From Actinomycetota bacterium (GTDB lineage Bacteria; Actinomycetota; Actinomycetes; Nanopelagicales; Nanopelagicaceae): DNA of 64,000 nucleotides. The notes under the pieces were generated by a model. The model did no database searches, had not been told where the DNA came from, and saw only the letters and a program-made list of their open reading frames with translations. Position numbers and translations under genes: made by a program. Positions 60,401 through 64,000 of this stretch are shown piece by piece. Within the stretch, counting starts at the first letter, position 1. The number at the start of each line of letters is the position of its first letter. Location of the stretch: positions 9,411-73,410 of the forward strand of contig WLMW01000002.1 in assembly GCA_009700025.1 (NCBI GenBank), written 5' to 3'.

Positions 60401-60700
60401 CAGCTGGCGCAATCGCTTACGTATTCGGACGGATAGTTCGCCGGCAGCCTTACGTGTAAAAGTTAAGCCAAGAATCTGGTCTGGTGTCACAAAACCATTT
60501 GCGACCAAGAATAAAACTCGATTACTCATCGTTTCAGTCTTGCCAGATCCCGCACCCGCAATGACGACAGAGGATTCAAGATTGCTACTTATGATTTCTG
60601 ACTGATAAGAAGTTACTGGCTTAATTGTTGAGCCAAACTTTGGATGCGCTTGCAATTTCGCAATAATCTCTTCAGGTGAGTACTTGGCTTCTAGGCTCAT
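57479..60700 (-). CDS. adnB: AdnB helicase-nuclease
   Basis: AGAGSGKTET, LTFTRKAA, LDEYQD, TVHMAKGAEW, C-terminal GRIDA..VIDWKTG..QLAMY. Confidence 0.9.
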   Translation of the reverse strand: MSLEAKYSPEEIIAKLQAHPKFGSTIKPVTSYQSEIISSNLESSVVIAGAGSGKTETMSNRVLFLVANGFVTPDQILGLTFTRKAAGELSVRIRKRLRQLASLPEFNHITSTSTSVTTYHSYAGKLLSEHAIRYGIDADAEPLGEAAIWQIASDVVRNWSDENYRNDSAVSTVIKDLLGLSKLMQEHQVKAADIEAIGLEIVQAMVPLAGARNKEVRDVERTMLQRNSLLPMVEVFLQRRKATGEFSFDDQMSLAADIAENFADVGVLERGKYKIVLLDEYQDTSQSQVRMLSALYGNLISETGHPVMAVGDPSQAIYTWRGASAGTMASFSQYFPKTNAQVGSTQFTLPTTFRNDAMILAAANRISDEIKLAGGQQVVQLEARPDAGKGEIAYGVFETIDAEASAVAEYIYENWSATSGKTAAVLVRKRSQITAIENALREIGLPVEVIGIGGLIHVPEVADVVSILKVITNPDAGSSLMRHLTGPRINLGPRDIAALGAFSRERARESHSDSKNLIKKIAAGNPEQLEADDQFTGSIIDALDEIHQAKKSGFSDIGYQRLVRFASDLRRLRSRAGGAISDLISEIENYLTLESEITLRDGSQTGRRHLDRFLDEAAKFERSGGTITAFLDWLDVAADAEGGLKAGAPEIRSDVVQILTVHMAKGAEWDVVAVPGLAEGTFPGNKTGDQDNWLKNEKHVPFPLRGDAAELPKFSLHGVEKNSEAANVIKEFAKNCASNIKMREEMRLAYVAVTRAKSHLICTTSRWRDGAKAVEPSDIFYLIAGTASELGGRMLSDVPAPEDGAENPILENPMSAIWPFDPLGGKRSSFNSAIKLVNDSDPHSLSPDENFEIASWIYDAKALITEQRQRAHGAIEVALPSRLSTSTLVALHENPQELALNIRRPMPRGQDQFSRRGTAFHLWVERQFTDAATLFGDEYLDYLDPLEEDSKLEELKKAWLSSEFATRTPVRVEVPFETTIAGVLIRGRIDAIYATDNGFEVIDWKTGSKKLGQSAAVQLAMYRLAWAKLSNTEVSKVSAAFHYVPTSVTDRPADLLDEQALIALISQIEMKSA

Positions 60701-63700
60701 GAAATCACCGTCCTTCCATCGCTCTGGACGGGGCAGGATTTACGCACTGGACAGCCTTTACAGCGCTTATTAATGGTCGCAAAGAAGGTCTCCGCACCCA
60801 TTCCATCGGCAATCTCATTGAGTTGTGCTTTTGTTGCATCGACATCGATTGAATGTTGAGAGCGAGTTGTCGCACTTGCCGCATCGGTGCCTAAGTAAAC
60901 AAGTTCAGCACCGGCACTCACTGATCCTTGGGTAAATCCCCCTTCGGCGATACCAAGTTGATAGCTCATTAGCTGTAGATTTTCTTTAGCATCTTTAACG
61001 CTAATTGCAGAGCTTCCAGTTTTAAAATCAACAATAAAAAGACGCCCATCTGCTTCAACTTCAAGCCGGTCAACGCTTCCTTTTATACGTGCACGGCCAA
61101 GTGTGACATCGAAGCGAATCTCGGCATCTACAACTGTGCGGGTTGTCTTTGTGTGATATTCAACAAATTTTTCAAGCATAGTTACTGCACTCTCTAAATG
61201 TGAAGCGCTCACCCACCCAGATTCTGGGTCGATGAGTTTCCAAGAGTTGCGCAGGTTTGCAATCAAATCATCTTTAGTTGTGCCTGGCTCTTGAACCATA
61301 GTGGCCGCAAATGCGTGAATCGCTGAACCCAAAACTTGTGCAGTGCTATCACCATCGCTTCCGCCATTATTTTGTAAAAACCACTTAACACCGCATTCGA
61401 CAAAAGATTCAGCGCCGCTGGGAGAAACGACTACTTCTTTATTCATATCGATAACTGGTGCATCATCACTTAGCGAGACCGCACCAACCCAGTTTTCTGG
61501 ATCGGCTAGATAAATTCCGTTTTCACGCATCGCTTTCAAAATCTGTGCTGCAACTTCAGCATTCTCACCGTATAACTGACTGCGCAGTTCGGCGACTAAC
61601 GCTGGTGCAGTAATAGGTCGTGGGACTTCGGTTAAAACTGGTTCATCGATATCGGTTTTATTTACTATTACTTCAATTGCCTCAAAAAACTGCGATGGCT
61701 CTTCATCATCTCGCTGAACGGCAGTTACGAAAATCGATTGTTTTGCGCGGGTGAGAGCCACATGAAAGAGGCGGGCTTCGTCCTGCATCAGGCCATTAGC
61801 TGCAATTACATCTAATTGATCACGCGGAATATCAGGGTTGCGTTGACGTTCAACTAATCGCTCAGCACCTAAAAGTGAGGATCGTTGCTTGAGATTTGGC
61901 CAAGTTCCCTCTTGTAAACCCGCGATAGCGACGAGATCCCATTCACGCCCTTTAGCACTATGGACAGTAAGTATCTCCACAAAATCTGGGCGGACGCCTT
62001 TTGCTGAAATCACATCGCCCGCAATGTCAGCGTTTGTAATCTCTGCAATAAAGGCCGCTGGCCCAGATAAAGGAAAGCGCTCAGAGTATCTAGCGGCTGA
62101 TTCAAATAGCTGCATCATCGCATCTAAATCACGATCTGCCGCTGCGCCTCGGACACCTGGACGAAGTGATTGTGTGCGCCACGCAGAAGAGAGTTTCTGT
62201 CCATCACTTGCAACCGCGTTATCCCACATTGCCCAGAGTAATTCATCTGCAAGAGCAGATTTATTGCGGGCAACTGCACGAGCTTTTTTAAAAAGTTCGT
62301 GAACACGCACAACTGATTCAGCGCCTTCAATCATTACTTCGCCGTCATTTATCGCATCAAGAAGTAACTGAGTACCGGAGCGATTATCACCCTCAATTCG
62401 CGCATTAATCATTGCTCGACGAATTCGGCGAAGTGAGATTGAATCTGCACCTCCAAATTCACTCATCAATAAGCGCTCGGCAGTATCTAAGTTAAGAGGC
62501 TGTGCATTTATCGCTACTCGGGCTAGCAATAAAAATGGAGCAATCGCAGGGTTGCCTGCTAAAGCTTGCATTTCGCTAGCAACTGGAATACCGACTGATG
62601 AAAAAGCTCGACGAAGTGCTGATGCAGTTGACCCCGGGCTTCGTAGAATAACTGCCATATCGCTATAGGAAATTCCTTGACGCAAATGTGCGCTGCGAAA
62701 CTGGTGGGCTATAAATGCAGCCTCTTCGGCGGCTGATCTGAAGCGATGAACCTGAACTTCGCCCTCATTTTCATTGGCGCAGGTGCGTTTACGAGTAGTC
62801 GGAGCGCCTCGTAATCCCTGCACATAAGTACGCCCAACATCAAAGACTGCTTGAGCGCTTCGATATGCCGAAGTTAAGACAACTTCTTTGGCGCGGTAGG
62901 GATCTAGCGCTGCAGATAAGCCATCTGGATCTGCGCCACGGAATCGACCAACTGCACTATCGGCATCTGCACAAATAATTACATCACCGCCGGCTAATGC
63001 AGCAAGGAGTGCGCGTTGTGCTGGATCACTCTCTTGAAACTCATCGACCATTATGGTGGTAAATCGAATACGCAGTTTTGCCAAAATGTCTGGGTTGTTG
63101 TGTAGGTGCAAAGTTGCTCTAGAAACAAGCTCTGATGGATCAATTCGCAACTTTGCATCTACTGCACTAATTTCACGCATCACCATTGAATTTATATATC
63201 TTTGCCAAAATTTGGCTGCTGCAAACCAGTATTTTTCACCCTCAGTTTTTCCGAGTTCTTCTAACTGTTTTGGGCCAATGCCACGTTCTGATGCACGTAG
63301 AATTAAATCGCGAAGTTCGCGGGCAAAACCGTTAGTTAAAAGCGCTGCATGTAAATCCTCGGGCCATTCTTGATATCCATCGTCGATATCACCTTTGAGC
63401 AGTTCCTTTATGTAACTTTCTTGTTCAGGTCCGCTCAGCAAAATCGGTTCAGGATCTTCGCGTGATGCTTTCATCTTTACGATTGAGAAAGCTAGTGAGT
63501 GAAACGTACGTGCCAGAGGTTCGTACATTGTCTTAGATGTCCGCAAAGCAATCGCGTCGCGAAGCTCTGATGCCCGTTCGCGACCAAATGTCAGAAGTAA
63601 TATCGAATCTGGATTTTGCCCTTCGTTGATTCGTGCGAGCGCGGCTTCAATCAGAATGGTCGTCTTACCCGTTCCTGGTCCGCCTTGAATTACTAGCGGT

Positions 63701-63798
63701 ATGCCGCGGTGAGCAACAGCAGCGCTTTGATCCTCTGAGAGAGTGAGTTGCGCAGTCTTCTGCGCACCGCGCACAAGGTTAAAATTCGCTGTACTCAC
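60697..63798 (-). CDS. adnA: AdnA helicase-nuclease with 4-Cys Fe-S motif
   Basis: GGPGTGKT, HSAKGREW, G.VDRLE, VDFKTG, C + CKGC...C; start re-called to GTG 63798. Confidence 0.9.
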   Translation of the reverse strand: MSTANFNLVRGAQKTAQLTLSEDQSAAVAHRGIPLVIQGGPGTGKTTILIEAALARINEGQNPDSILLLTFGRERASELRDAIALRTSKTMYEPLARTFHSLAFSIVKMKASREDPEPILLSGPEQESYIKELLKGDIDDGYQEWPEDLHAALLTNGFARELRDLILRASERGIGPKQLEELGKTEGEKYWFAAAKFWQRYINSMVMREISAVDAKLRIDPSELVSRATLHLHNNPDILAKLRIRFTTIMVDEFQESDPAQRALLAALAGGDVIICADADSAVGRFRGADPDGLSAALDPYRAKEVVLTSAYRSAQAVFDVGRTYVQGLRGAPTTRKRTCANENEGEVQVHRFRSAAEEAAFIAHQFRSAHLRQGISYSDMAVILRSPGSTASALRRAFSSVGIPVASEMQALAGNPAIAPFLLLARVAINAQPLNLDTAERLLMSEFGGADSISLRRIRRAMINARIEGDNRSGTQLLLDAINDGEVMIEGAESVVRVHELFKKARAVARNKSALADELLWAMWDNAVASDGQKLSSAWRTQSLRPGVRGAAADRDLDAMMQLFESAARYSERFPLSGPAAFIAEITNADIAGDVISAKGVRPDFVEILTVHSAKGREWDLVAIAGLQEGTWPNLKQRSSLLGAERLVERQRNPDIPRDQLDVIAANGLMQDEARLFHVALTRAKQSIFVTAVQRDDEEPSQFFEAIEVIVNKTDIDEPVLTEVPRPITAPALVAELRSQLYGENAEVAAQILKAMRENGIYLADPENWVGAVSLSDDAPVIDMNKEVVVSPSGAESFVECGVKWFLQNNGGSDGDSTAQVLGSAIHAFAATMVQEPGTTKDDLIANLRNSWKLIDPESGWVSASHLESAVTMLEKFVEYHTKTTRTVVDAEIRFDVTLGRARIKGSVDRLEVEADGRLFIVDFKTGSSAISVKDAKENLQLMSYQLGIAEGGFTQGSVSAGAELVYLGTDAASATTRSQHSIDVDATKAQLNEIADGMGAETFFATINKRCKGCPVRKSCPVQSDGRTVIS

Positions 63799-63828
63799 GG
63801 TGGTTATCTTGCCTGACTCTGCCGACAA
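63799..63828 (-). promoter_or_regulatory. PafBC/RecA-NDp-type promoter of adnA
   Basis: Minus strand TTGTCGG-N10-CAAGAT-N7-GTG. Confidence 0.75.
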
Positions 63829-63860
63829 AACCCCTCTGCGGCTCTGATTGTAGGAAGTTG

Positions 63861-63880
63861 TGGTACCAGTCTGGTACCAT
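63861..63880 (+). promoter_or_regulatory. Palindromic operator overlapping the -10 box of the RHH gene
   Basis: TGGTACCAG-t-CTGGTACCA perfect inverted repeat; TACCAT 6 nt before ATG. Confidence 0.7.
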
Positions 63881-63886
63881 TTCGAC

Positions 63887-64000
63887 ATGGCTATGAACTT
63901 ACGACTCACTCCCGAACAAACAGCTGGCCTGCGCGCTGCTGCTGAACAAGATGGCATTTCGATGCAAGAAGCGGCCCTTGCCGCAGTTGATGCCTATATT
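63887..64000 (+). CDS. Ribbon-helix-helix (CopG/Arc-like) protein, probable antitoxin (runs off window end; not in ORF track)
   Basis: MAMNLRLTPEQTAGLRAAAEQDGISMQEAALAAVDAYI... Confidence 0.75.
   Translation, partial: MAMNLRLTPEQTAGLRAAAEQDGISMQEAALAAVDAYI

Overview
Chromosomal segment of a streamlined, relatively low-GC actinobacterium, most consistent with freshwater acI (Ca. Nanopelagicales, Planktophila-like). That assignment is inferred from actinorhodopsin, Ni-SOD, a GH18 hydrolase, tight gene packing and pervasive leaderless promoters. Content is mostly core genes: rdgB-rph-murI-clpS, pntAB, ssrA-smpB-ftsXE-prfB, UPF0182-tRNA-fMet, copA-hisN-rsgA-aroA, sigH/rshA, sodN/sodX, kgd, whiB7-uvrD2-nudC and adnAB. 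A Tad/Flp pilus system is present but split into two blocks. No CRISPR array, integrase or transposase was seen. Main signals beyond the gene list: (1) an apparently self-contained ~80-nt hairpin sRNA with its own promoter and U-tract at ~31.03-31.11 kb; (2) a ~24-kb inversion, inferred from synteny, that separates tadABC from the pilin genes; (3) a 16-bp x11.5 tandem array inside the pilin operon; (4) PafBC-type DNA-damage promoter motifs before adnA, the DUF222-HNH gene and (imperfectly) tadA; (5) a complete WhiB7/WblC uORF attenuator; (6) a histone-H1-like/TM/FN3-like membrane protein; (7) repeated micro-duplications of stop-codon regions. Four real-looking genes are missing from or mis-called in the ORF track: GntR, a DUF5679-like zinc ribbon, the whiB7 leader peptide and an RHH protein. 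All family calls are by motif recognition, not database search.
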